From Saccostrea cucullata (Eukaryota): a DNA stretch of 64,000 nt. The notes beneath the pieces are model-generated. The model saw nothing but the letters and a program-made list of their open reading frames with translations. It made no database searches and was not told the origin of the DNA. Location of the stretch: NCBI RefSeq assembly GCF_032062105.1, contig NW_026925056.1, positions 124,001 to 188,000 of the forward strand, read 5' to 3'. Position numbers and translations under genes: made by a program. Positions 1-12,219 of this stretch are shown in pieces. Position 1 is the first letter of the stretch, and each line of letters opens with the position of its first letter.

Positions 1-710
1 TATTCATGTTTTCATGTTCGATATTCTCAAAATTTTACACAATCCATGGTGTTTGATTTATTTAGCCTTTATTAAACAGTTCTAATAGATGTAATAAGAA
101 CATAAAGTCCGCCAAGAACCTGTTTTATACGTAATAACTCTCCTCATGCCCCTGCGCTAAAAATTGCGACATGTAATACTATAAATACTAATAAATCAAA
201 CGGGGCGGGGCACCTTGAGAGGGGCGAGAGACGTCCTAGGGAGTTTTGGTATAAAATTACATTGCATAAGCTCAAAATCTTCTTTAAATATCGCCCGGAA
301 ATGATAGTGTTACACACAGACAGAATGTATAAATTTACGACCTTGAACTTTGACCTTTTGACCTCAAAATCAATAGGGGTCTTCATTAGGCCACAGGGAG
401 TTGTTATGTAAAATTTCATTGCAATAGCTCAAATGGTTCTAGAGATATCGTGTGGAAACGAAAGTGTTTTAACAGACAGAATTTGCTTATTTATGACCTT
501 GACCTTTGACCTTTTGACCTCAAAATCAATAGGGGTCTTCTTTAGTCCATAGGGAGTTGCTATGCTAAATTTCATTGCAAAAGCTCAAAGGGTTCTCGAG
601 ATATCGTGTGGAAACGAAAGCGTTACAGACAGACAGAAAGACGGACGGACGGACGGACGGACGGACAAACCCAAATCATATCCCCCACTTTTCAAGCGGG
701 GGACAAAAAG
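1..710. mobile_element. HINE/Helentron-type non-autonomous element with internal ~156-bp tandem repeats
   Basis: Repeat units start at 361 and 517 (acctcaaaatcaataggggtc); (GACG)n microsatellite at ~640-667; terminal hairpin ccccc..ggggg at ~681-702. Left boundary uncertain. Confidence 0.65.
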
Positions 711-2214
711 TAGGGTAGGTTTTTTTGTTGCTTTTTTTTGATAATCGACTTCCTCCTAAATATGTTAGGGGGTGGGGTGGGTATAAGACCTAAAAATATG
801 CTCTGTAAAGTTATGGGCTAGTGTAAAATACACATTCTAATGCAAAAACTATATATGTAGACATAACCTTTTCATTTTTTTTAAAATCTTCTTTATACTG
901 TATCATAATATGAAAAGTTAATTGAAGACCATTTCTTTTTATGTCCCAGTAATCGAAGATTCGGGGGTATATAGTTTTATCGTGTCCGTCTGTATGTCTG
1001 TCTGTCTCTTTGTCCGCAAAACTTAAACCTTGACCATTACTTTTCATTTATTGTAGCTATGACTTTCATATTTAATATGTGTATTCCTTGTGACAAGACC
1101 TTACTTTGGGTACCTTCAAATTTGACCTTTTGACCTTTACCTTGGAGTTTGTCCCATTTTACACAAAAATGCCAAATTTTTACTTTGGCCATAACTTTAA
1201 CGGTAGATATTAGTACTCCCATACTTCACATATGTATTTTTTTTGGCATGACCTTTCATTGGATACTATAAACTTTGACCTTTTGACCTTAACCTTGGAG
1301 ATTTCCGTACTTATGAAAAAAAAAACTTTCACCTTGGCCATAACTTTTGAACGGTAAGGGCTAGGGTTTTCATACTTCACATATGTAATCCTTGTTATAT
1401 TAAACCTTTCTTAAGAAACCATCAACTTTGACCCTTTGACCTTTGAGTTTTACCTACCTTTCAAAAACTTATCCATAGCCATTACTTTTGAACAAGTGGT
1501 GCTAGGGCTTTCTTATTTTGCAATTGTATTTCTTGTGAGAAGACCCTACTTTGGGTACCAATATATTTAAATTGCATTTTAGAAAATTTTAATCTTCGCT
1601 ATGTTGCCATACAGGGGCATAGCTGTTTCACAAACACATCTTTTTATATATAAGAGGAGTTGCGGATAAGAGATGGATACCCCAAAGCGTAAAGACGGAC
1701 GGACGGACATCCCGATCACTATATACCCTCCCGCTTTTCAAGCGGAGGATATAATAATATCTAATACTGCTGAATTTTTCTGTCAGTACGATGATTTTCA
1801 CCATCGAAAAACAATGTTTACCTAACCCTTTAGGCTCGATAATTCTTTTACTGATCCTTTAGATTCTGAATCATCGCATTGACCTTAAAATATAGCTATG
1901 ATTGTATAATGTTATGAGACCAACATATCATCAATTTATTCCCAATTAGCTCTGGTGAGCATTTTGGCCAATATGCTTCTTTTTCTATTTTTTTGCCCCC
2001 TAAAAATTTCAGCTTTAATCCACAGGGAGTCATTTTTCTACGGGGGTCATTTTTCTTCGGGTGGGTTCTGCAAATTTTTAGGGTGGTGGCACTTTTTCTA
2101 CGGGCAAAAGGGTCATTTTTCGATGTCGAATATTGACTGGGGGTCATTTTTCGCTGTCGAAAAATGACCCCCGGTCATTATTCGATGGGGGTCATTATTC
2201 GTCTTTACACCTGC
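705..2214. mobile_element. Right part of a TIR DNA transposon carrying nested HINEs (second copy of the 39867-43591 element)
   Basis: 745-870 matches ~40770-40895; 907-2213 matches ~42282-43590; ends with the TIR ...gggggtcattattcgtctttacacctgc. Confidence 0.85.
936..1641 (+). mobile_element. HINE-type element nested in the TIR transposon
   Basis: ttttatgtccc..gaagattcgggg terminal hairpin, (GTCT/GTCC)n microsatellite, tandem gacct-rich units, and gtttcacaaacacatctt end; near-identical copy at 42312-43015. Confidence 0.75.
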
Positions 2215-2835
2215 CCTGGATCCGCCTTTGGCCCTGGATCCATCCTATTTTTTGGAAAAGAATAGCAAATAAATCCTGAATATATAGGAGATAGCTCCAA
2301 ATCCTACTAAAACAAGATTTTCTGATTTTTTGACTTGTCAGATATTTACTTGACCACATTTAGGCTTATTTGATGAGCCTCCTCCCCTCCCCCACTCCTT
2401 TGAACTTTGTGAGTGGGCCTTTGCCAGGCTTTAGGCGCTATTAATAATTTCAAATGAAAAACTTGAGCTATAAATGCGAATATAAATTTATTTTATGTTT
2501 CCAGAGCGGGCGTAAGCAATCTTTGTAAATCTCAATACATTTTCAAACCAGAAATATAAATTAATACTACGAAATGTGAACTGTAAGTCCGTTATGTGGG
2601 CTCGGTTTGCAATGACGGTCTAAATTGGCGAGTGAGACTAATAGACAAGGTACCTACTTTGTATGTCATATATGGTATATAACTATGATCATAATTTAAA
2701 TGCAGTTCATGTGTTGCAGTGAATCTAGCTCACTGTATGTACATATTTACAAATTTGTAAGGAGGGATATTTATGTTAGGGAGGGAAACTGTAATTGTCA
2801 CCCCCTTAGTTTGAGAGTGTTCCTCTCTGGCATCT

Positions 2836-2990
2836 ACACGGCGGGTGTGACCGGTAGTCAGGGGCTGTTCCCTCCTCCATGAGGCCATGGCACCTGATCC
2901 CACCTCCGAAGTTTTGCAAGTCCCTGTTTGCTCTGCTCCTATTTTGTATTATAATATATATTTCTGATCTTGAATCCTTATCTCCATATG
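2836..2990 (+). mobile_element. 3' terminal fragment of a Naiad-type Penelope-like element
   Basis: gcgggtgtgaccggt...ggcacctgatcccacct...tttgctctgctcctattttgta matches 6695-6800. Confidence 0.7.
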
Positions 2991-3704
2991 TTAAATTTTA
3001 GGGGGGGGGGGGGGGGACAAGATTTCCGTTTGAATCATATTCCTAAAGTGTAAGTTTACATGACATTTTTACAGGAACATCTCATACGTGTAACCAGTGA
3101 AATCTTCTGTTTTGCTAATTCTAGTGAAAATAATACTTGATCTTTGATTATTTTGTAGGACTCTCGATGAAGAAAATTAATAGGGTTGTGAATATTTTAA
3201 AATTTTACAATTAATGAACCAGTTAACAAAATTATGACCAAGGGAATTACTCAGAACAATAATAATAATGTATGTCTTCTTTTGGCAGTCCTCCCCTTCT
3301 TACATTGCTTCCTGTTGGTCTGCATTGAATACCGGCGCCTATAGGAATTTAGGGTTTTATGTCTTTCTTGCGACCATCAAAACCCAAATCTTCCCCCCCC
3401 CTTTTAATCATATCTATTATGTTTAAAATCTAAAGTAAACGATATCTTAGGTATTTAATAAGTTAGCCCCCTTTTAAAAACACCTCCTGAACCCTGGCTA
3501 TATTACTAGAATATTCAGGAAGTCACGTTATCATGTTATTGGGTTCTCCAGGAAGTTTGGCTAAAAATAATAGGAAATTCAGGAAATGTGGGTACGTAGG
3601 AATTCTCCAAGAATTTAGCTACATATAAACAAAGGAAGCTTAACTTTAAGACAGAATTCGGGTCGGATAGAATAATAATAGAAAACGTGAATGTACGTGT
3701 ATTA

Positions 3705-3990
3705 TTTTATGCCCCCGTAATCGAAGATTCGGGAATATATAGTTTTTGTCTTGTTAGTCCGTCTGTTTGTCTGTCCGCAAAATCTTGTACATTGCTCATA
3801 AATTAAGGTTTTGTCACAAGGAATACACATGTGAGATATGAAACCTTAGCCCCCACCCACTCAAAAGTTAGGACAAGGTTAAAGTTTTCACAGACAGACA
3901 AACAGACAGATAGATAGACAGCTAGACAGACGGACGGACATGGCAAAAACTATTTACCCTCGAATCTTCGATTACAAAAGCATAAAAATA
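3705..3990. repeat. Two HINE termini in inverted orientation
   Basis: ttttatgcccccgtaatcgaagattcggg at ~3705 and its reverse complement gaatcttcgattac..gcataaaa at ~3962-3988, each with a GACA-type microsatellite. Confidence 0.6.
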
Positions 3991-4731
3991 CGCCATGTTA
4001 TTATGAGAAGTATGATGCATTTGTTTATTACTAAACAATGATAGGAATGTGAACTTAGTGCTATAATATTAATGTTACTGTGAAAAGGGTTATTTTCTGT
4101 TTAAGAAAATATATTTTGTTCTTTGAAACCACCTTTTTTTTATTCGCCCACCTGAGAGTTGGGAGAAAAAGGCGGGATTAGATAATTTTATAAAAAAAAA
4201 ATAAAAAAAAAAACACACACACAATAAATTTTGAATGAGAAAATATTTTAAACCCCTCTCTTCATCGAGAAAATTTTCTCCATACTTAGATAATATACAG
4301 TATACAGGGAAATTTTCGTCCTCCGTTATATTGATGAAAAACAGGTAATTCAACCAAAGGAGAGATACGTTCAATGATTTATAAAAACAACATATGATTC
4401 CAATGTAAACATGGATGTTACTCTGAAGTCTTAAAATCATAATATCTAACAGAAACACCAACAAGGACCAAAATTTGTATCACATCTCATATCAACTGTC
4501 AACCACCGATGTGAGTTGTGATACAGATTTACCAAGAATTATTGTCTGTAGATATCGCAATAGTGCCAATGCCCAGCACTTGGTCTCGTATATCGAGAGT
4601 AACTTACCTTTTACCATTGTTTTTTTTTTTGGTTTCAACAAGAATATATATAAAACCCTTGTAATATTCATTCGATAAAGGGTACAATTAAAATGAAAGA
4701 TTTAAAACTGTATTTACAACTTTTAAATGTA

Positions 4732-4737
4732 TTTATT
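4732..4737 (-). terminator. Candidate polyadenylation signal (AATAAA) of the LPMO gene
   Basis: AATAAA on the minus strand about 55 nt after the stop codon; AT-rich context lowers specificity. Confidence 0.45.
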
Positions 4738-4792
4738 TAGAAAAAAAATAATCAACAAAAATAACATTTGGCGGACGCGTTTTAGCAAGAGT

Positions 4793-7700
4793 TTAAACAC
4801 AAACACAGTGTGAGGCGGGGCAATATCCCATCCGACAGTTCGTCTCACACCACTGCTGCATACCCGGGGTCTTCTTCCAGACCGTAGTGGGTCCACACTT
4901 CTTTTTGCGGCTCATTCCCCCGGGAACAGGACGAGCACCGCTGCCATTAGAAGCAGCAGTTGTAGAGGAAGGCGGCGTAGGTTTTGTTGTCGTTGCTTTT
5001 GGTTTTTGTGTCGTTGTTGTCGTCGTTGAAGTTGTGGTAGTCGTTGGTTTTGTCGTTGTGGCTTTTGTTGTAGTTGTGGTTTTAGTTGTCGTTGTCGGAG
5101 TTGTGGTGCTTTTCGTTGTCGTTGTTGGTTGTTTCGTCGTCGTTGTTGTTGTAGGTTGTTTTGTCGTTGTTGTTGTTGTCGGTCGTTTTGTCGTTGTGGT
5201 TTTTGCGCTTGTAGCAGCATTCACTGGGTTCCCGCTCTTGCTTTCTATTGCTATATCGGAACAGCCATAAAATTCCTCCTGAGATCCACACCCTATGCAT
5301 CCTTTTCCCGTTGGATCAACACCCCAACTGTTTCCTTTAATCAAAATTATTTTTATTTTAAAACAGCATAATTTTTCTCAGTTGCATATATGCACTTTTA
5401 TGAAAAAATCGATATCTGCTTAAATCATCATTTAACATTCAGGCATTTTGTAGAATCAAGTTGTGATAACAAATTAACATCAATCTCTATGAAAAAGAAA
5501 TTTTTCAGTGTCGTTTCGATTTTCATGACGCGTCGACGTCTTGGTGCAACATTTTTTAAAGATAAAGTATTAGATACTAACAAAAAACTTTGATAACAGA
5601 AACCGATAGGCAAATGTTAATTGAAAATCAACTTTTAAATACTTGATGTATAGGATTATAAGCATATTTTAATTAACCTGTGTGGTATTTCCATTGTAAG
5701 ATGCACTGAGTACACGTCAGACCGGGTGGTAGCCGTAACTGAGCATGGTGCATGCCAACAGCCGTAGATATGTGCATCCTTCAATAAAAACACAGAAGTA
5801 GAAATTAATCACAGAATATTTTGCATGAATCAAGCTTTTCTTGGAGAATAAAATAGATCAATATAAACAAAAAATTATAAATAAATATATAAATATATAA
5901 ATGATAAACCCCAAAAAGTACATAAAAAGAAAATATTAAATCTCGGATGATGCATTTTTATTTTAAAAAATAGGTAAAGAAGAGAACTCATAAATATAAC
6001 ATCAAACATGTTTGCAAGGAACTGGATTTAGTTGTGTATTGGTCTAAATCTATACACTGCCTATACATGTACAAAAATTCTAGTATTTCAATTCTCTATG
6101 TATTATGCAGGAAAAGAAGAAAACACTTGCTGTGGCCTTCAACTCGACCTTCAGATATATCGACGACGTATTATCAAAGAACAATGGTATTTTCCATTAC
6201 TACGTCGATACGATATATCCAGGAGAGCTTGAGATAAAAGATATCACACATCTGTTTCATACTTGGATATTTTACTTGAAAAAAGACGTTAATGGTAAGC
6301 TAACAACCAAGTTATATGATAAAAGAGACGACTTTAACTTTTCTATCGTCAACTTCCCTTACTTATGCAGCAATATACCTTCATCACCTACATACGGAGT
6401 GTATATATCTCAGTTGATTCGACACGCAAGAGCATGCTCTACGTATGAACAATTTCTAAAACGAGGTAAAATATTGACAAGCAAGTTGATGAAACAACAA
6501 TATTAGCAGTCTCATTTAAAGGCATCATTTTTCGTAAGTTCTATGGTCGATACAATAACCTTGTCAGCAAATACAATTTATCATTGAGTCAAATGCTGAC
6601 TGACGTTTTTCATACCAATTGTTAGTCCATTTTTATACACTGAATTGACAACGGATTTTCCCGTTACTCAGTATTTCACAATCATGACAATGAGCACACG
6701 GCGGGTGTGACCGGTCAGCAGGGGATGCTCACTCCTCCATGGCACCTGATCCCACCTATGATGTTTCGGAGGTCCGTGTTTGCTCTGCTCCTATTTTGTA
6801 CATATTGTTTTATGGACTTTGATATTGAATACTGTTCGTTATCTCCATATCTTTATTTTAATTCCTTATTTAATTTAGAACAGGAAGAAGTACCACCGAA
6901 CAGATATCTAATCTACGAATAATCTGCAAGAAGTACCAACAACACCAGCTAGACCTTTATCATATGTAGCATGCTGCCTTATGGACTACCATGAGGAAAT
7001 ACAACATCAATGCCAACCTTGTTCGAGTGATCGAAGAGTTATACAACAAGGCCACTAGTCCAATTCACTTGAATAATAGCATTGGTGACTGGTTCCACAC
7101 AACAGTAGGAGTACGCCACGGCTGCCTGCTTTCTCCCACCCTCTTTAACCCCTTAAAAGGATTATGGAAGATGCTCTCGATGATCACAAAGGCACAGTCT
7201 CCATCGGAGGAAGAGCCGTCACAAATCTGCCATGTTCGTTGCTGACATAGATGACCTTGCAGGGAAAGAGACTGAGCTAACCAACTTGGTGAATCGCCTT
7301 GACCTAGCAGTCTCTGCATATGGCATGGATATCAGTCCAGAAAAAATTAAGCTGAAGACCAACAACGCTCAAGGCATCACCTCAAAAGTCATGGTCAGCG
7401 GAACATGTCTGGAAACAGTGAAGACACTTAAGTACCTCGGATCCATCATATCAGATGGATAAGATTCCAAACCAGAAATTATAGCAAGGATTGCACAAAC
7501 AACTGCAGCATTAGCGAAATTAAAAACCATTTAAAGAGACAGAAATATCACTCCAGCTAATGTGTTCCCTTAGCAAATCAGTCTTCCTGTATACCTGTGA
7601 AACATGGACTCTCTCTGCATAGCTCGCGAAGAGGATTGTGAGCACCGAGATGAGATTTATAGGAAAATAGTAGGCATCCAATACACTGACAGTGTGACCA

Positions 7701-10700
7701 ATGAAGATGTCCACAGGACAAAGACAACCTCCTGATCTCCTCACTGTCAAGGGACAATGTAAGTATGACCACATTTCAAACTCAAGTGGCCTTGCAGACA
7801 CAATCCTGCAAGGGGCAGTTAAAGGTGGTGAAGATAGGGAAGACAAAAGAATAGGTACAGATAGCATTCTTGAGTGGACTGGACTGAGCCTTGCAGAATC
7901 CCAGAGAGTGACAGAAAACAGAGAATTATGGATGGCAGTGGTGGATAAGTCTTTGAAGGTGCCCCATCGACATCCATGGATGCTAGGTGAAAGTGATGTA
8001 TTTTAATGAACAAGAAAAAAATTATATTTTTACCTTGTTGAATTATTGGCAAACATTAGCAGATTTTTATCGAAGCAAGTCTGTGTTGCAATTTTTTTAA
8101 CGTCGTTATTTGGACAAAGACGGAACTCAAACCACCCCTTATGGTTTGCTGTAATATCTACGTGAACGTCAATTAGCTGCCCCTCAGTATAGTGTCTCGT
8201 TATGATACCGGAAGCATACTTTCCCCCTGCCTCGTGATCACGTGGCTGCGGTGCATTGTAGGGGTCGCCACAAATCCCACACTTTCCACCGTTCAGCATC
8301 TGTACCTGATTTAAAACAAAATATATATAAATAAAGACGAACTTAAATCAATTGTTTTCAAAAATAAAGAATCATTTATATTGTAAAATATTGAATCATT
8401 GTGGAAAATTTTAGCATTCGATTTGCAAAATATTTTGTTTAAGAATAATAGCACTGTGATAAACTGCCAAAAAAGTGACGTATTAGCAATTCTTTGTTTA
8501 AACGGCGACCTTGAGTAATCCTGTATTCTGTAATAGTATAAGAGTATCTAAATTTGACAAATATTTACCGATACCTCATCAGAATCAAGCTAATATTTCG
8601 CCTAATAATAATATGCAATCGCAACATTTTCAAACAGTTAGATGTTGGGAACCTGTCGGGATTTTACGAGTGGTAAGGTTATGAAGAAGAACCTAATGCT
8701 TGCAGCTTTCTCAAATTTTCTGACCCAAATTCGCGTAATTTAGGGGGGTGGTGGTGAAGTCCGATGTTACAACAAAGTAAATAATATGAAAAAGTTTCCA
8801 ACTTCTATTAAAAATGTTCTCTTTTCCCAATAAAACTATATGGTAGCTAAATAAATTATTATAGAATATAATTTCAAAAAGCATTGAATAGATTTTAAAA
8901 AAAAAACAGCATCAATACTTGTAAATTAGACGAATTTTTAAATTAAAACGCAACCCGGAAATCAAAGTCAACTTTTAAAATTGTTAACTTTTTTGTAAAG
9001 TTTGACTCTCCCTCTCTCTCTCTTTTTGACACATGGAATTGACACACTTCCATGTTTGGTCAAATAATGGGTGAATTTGGTGCAACAGACGCGAGGATTA
9101 ATGCCAAAACATGGAAAAACAGAATCATTTCCTGGCCAGTTTCCCCCCTAGGCATCAGTCGGTTGTTACGACACCGTACCTAAATAAAATAGCGTTTACA
9201 ATATTCACTGTGTTTGCAGAACATGATATGAATCATGTGTGTTGCCCAAATATTTGGTCCGAGAACAAGACTTCGATTAAGAACAAACTTATGCGCGCGA
9301 TGCACTGGTGCAAACTTCTTTGCATGGTACGCTGTGGGTACTTGATTGGGTCAAAACAAACCTGCATAAACTTGAAGACACGCCTTAAATAATCCTAATC
9401 TTGACAAAAAAAAAACAAACATAAACAATATAGACTAAAAAGGTTTTTTTTTTAAAATAAAACAAAAAATTTGAAGTGTACACTTGAACTTGGGTTCGTT
9501 GCCGGAGCCTGACAATTGATATCAGGGTTTTATCTCGGTATAGTTCGACAAAGCCTTAAAAACTAGAATTATCTTGTATGAAAGAAAAATTGAAATTTCT
9601 ATATACTGCGTATAACTCTTTTTTCATTTAAAAAAATATACAAATTATTTAGTTTGACTGTTAAATTTTTTGCAAGCTTTAACGGTTAATATTATCAATT
9701 TTTTTTAAAGATATCTTTAAAAAAAAACATTTGTAAGCGCTCAGTTACATTTATTTCTTTTTCACGTTTTTTTCTCCTCCAGAACCTTGATTAATACATT
9801 CTAGTATAATGTAAATTCTGGTTGCATCATCTGTTTATTACGTCACGTTCATAGTCCCATAGAGTCCTGTGATCAAAGATTACTCGTATTTTCGATTTTG
9901 TACATGTTTCAGTAAATCATTTAGTTTTAATGCTTATTGAATATAATCTCCTTATATTTCTCAGCAACTGAGGCACACTATCTCCAGGCGACATGTGAAA
10001 ACTTAAGTCAAGACAGTTTTCACAATTTTATTTAATTTAATTTAAAGAGACGGTAGAAAAAATGGCTTAAAACTTATTTTAATAACATGTCAAATATCAG
10101 TAAAGAAATTTAATTATTTAGCCTCTTTATAAAATACACCCAGAGAGGATGTTTTTGATTATGTTAACCAAGAAAAACAAGGTTAACATATTTGAAGAGG
10201 TATAAATAAAATAAAAGTTAAACTCATTTTCGTTAAATATTCTACTTTTTTTCAAACCAAAATAAACCATAAATAAATCTTTATTTATAATATTTACAAC
10301 CGTATACTTTATACAATTTCTCTTGGTACGCAATATCACATTTTTCAACAATTAGAATATATTCAAATGGCATGATGGGTTAATTATGAATTTTAAATTT
10401 AAAAAAATTTCTTTATTTTCTTCTCGTCTTTCTGTCACAGGAGTTTGCTAACATGTATGTTGCAATTTGAAGTTGCATGCATTGATTTTCAAAATGGAGA
10501 AGAAATGTGTTAAAAAAGAGAGAAAAAAAAATTCAAATTAAAAATAAAAGAGCAGACCAAATGTATATGAACTCATCATGAGAACATGGAGCCGTTAAAA
10601 TTGCCCTGATCAGTTGCAATAATTCTATGCAATATCTTTACTTAAATAATCTATTTTACAAAATATATAATTGGAATTTAATTGTTTTTAAGTGAGATTT

Positions 10701-11037
10701 CACCCAAATGTATTAGTTATCATTCTTTCAAATTCTGGACATATTACAATTATTTACTTCAAAATTATTTATCTTGCGTCAATTTATATGTTTAAAAAAT
10801 TAACGGAGATGACTCTAAGAGTATTTAATTATGTATGATTTTACGAATCCATGGTCAATAATTATTTACCGAAAATCCTCCGCAGAATAAAGCATTGTCG
10901 TCGTAGTTATGGTTGGTATGAAACCCCCTTCTCCACATGGTACTTCTTGCCGGGGGCTCCCACAGCCTTCCATGCCCTGAAGCGTAATTCACAATATTTA
11001 GACAAAAGTAAACGTAAAGTATCATTAGTCTCGCCAT
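4793..11037 (-). CDS. Secreted AA15 lytic polysaccharide monooxygenase (chitin-binding type-4 / LPMO domain) with Thr-rich linker and C-terminal 6-Cys module, 360 aa
   Basis: Exons 11037-10870, 8305-8034, 5778-5678, 5334-4793, all GT-AG with compatible phases (0,2,1), 1083 nt open. A 21-aa signal peptide is followed by His1 (HGRLWEPPARSTMWR), then NYDDNALFCGG, NGGKCGICGD, TANHKGWFEFRLC (second His), LTCTQCILQWKY and GCGSQEEFYGCSDI, all hallmark AA15 motifs. These are followed by a T/K/P-rich linker and CGPTTVWKKTPGMQQWCETNCRMGYCPASHCVCV. Confidence 0.95.
4980..5205 (-). repeat. Coding low-complexity repeat (ACA/ACG)n encoding the Thr-rich mucin-like LPMO linker
   Basis: Repeated TTTTTTKQP-like units within LPMO exon 4. 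Confidence 0.9.
6105..6850 (+). mobile_element. 5'-truncated Penelope-like retroelement (Naiad-type), RT C-terminal part plus 3' UTR, in LPMO intron 2
   Basis: FRYIDD catalytic motif, LYDKRDDFNFSIVNFP..SNIPSSPTYGVYISQLIR thumb region; coding homology ends near 6625 with no C-terminal GIY-YIG; frameshifted. Confidence 0.8.
6885..8000 (+). mobile_element. Decayed RTE-clade LINE 3' fragment in LPMO intron 2
   Basis: MRKYNINANLVRVIEELY..WFHTTVGVRHGCLLSPTLFN, ADIDDLAG..LVNRLD, KYLGSII, LADTILQGAVKGG..WTG: RTE RT and C-terminal motifs broken by frameshifts and stops. Confidence 0.85.
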
Positions 11038-12219
11038 GTTGGAGGACAGTTTCCAGAATCAGCTCTCAAATATTGGTTACGTATTGATATACCCGAAACA
11101 AGTCCTTCCGGATTGAAAACACGCCCAAATTCCGATGCATTTCTCAATCTAATAACCAGCACTCAAAATATGTTTAACCCCTTTTTAACGCCTTACCCGT
11201 AGATAGCAGTTTAGCCAATCTGAGCTTAACTCTGCATAACAATGAAGTTTGTCAAGTCCAAAATAAATAGATCGATTAGTTTTCTCCGCATGAATTTACA
11301 GATTGGAAGTTGGTATTTATTCCTAGTTTTGATAAATTCATACCTATCAGTGTTCTACAAATACGGGACTGATATCTTTTGCAGGATTGATTGTTACGAC
11401 AAATATCGACACGTCACTCCCAGACCCTGGTGAGCAAACACGAGCTAAGACGAAGATCATATACCAAGAACACATAGACCCATCGGTATTTAATTTCAAT
11501 AATCCGGCAATAAATTAAAGAGGTCTTACGGTTATCGGACGAAATAAAAACAGATCTGAAGTCTGAAAGGGTGTCATCAAATAAAACCTTCCTTCTAGAG
11601 TCCGTTGGGTTTCAAAACAAAATATTTACTGGAATGTCAACAAAGGGGCTTATCTTCATAGACTTTATTAAACAATTAATTCCTGATATGATTAGTTATA
11701 AGAGGGTAGGTAAGAATCCAAGGAAACATGTCACCCGCAGACATCCATACTAACCACAGTTTTCTAATATTCAGAAATCAGTATAAAAGAAAGTAAATAT
11801 TAGGTGGTTGTAAAATGTAATCACGTGTTTTATTTTCAACGTTAAAATGTAATTTTCTTTGTACTTATTACATTTTGTTATTTATGGACATGATTATTTT
11901 TCACATTCCCATAAAAGTTAAGGCTAGATAAACCTACGAATACCAGTAATGAACTAGAGGTAGCTTAGGATGTTATTAACAAGCATTCTCTTTTGACTTG
12001 TCACATCTTTCGAAGATCGTCTTCTTACAAACTGAGGACATCCTGATGGGTACTTTTTGCGCCCCTTTAAGACTCATTAGAGCATACATTTAAATATTCA
12101 TATAAAGCAGAATTTATGCAAAAACTTAAACGTGAAAAAATGTCCGTTGCCAATGGGTGGGGTCTTCAATTGGTCGATGCAATGAACTTTTCAGCAAATA
12201 CAATTTATCCGGCATTGAG

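Noticed and set aside
4887-5270. Val-rich 127-aa ORF (+) and the overlapping Gln/Arg-, Asn- and Cys-rich ORFs
   Set aside because: Antisense and alternative-frame readings of the LPMO Thr-rich linker repeat.
6705-6755. SECIS- or hammerhead-like reading of the Naiad 3' motif (GTGA...TGAT, CTGAT)
   Set aside because: No apical AA or regular helix II for a SECIS, and no CUGANGA plus GAAA hammerhead core.
8500-9390. Possible Kolobok element ending ..cacgccttaa in LPMO intron 1
   Set aside because: Matching left TIR and TTAA could not be identified.
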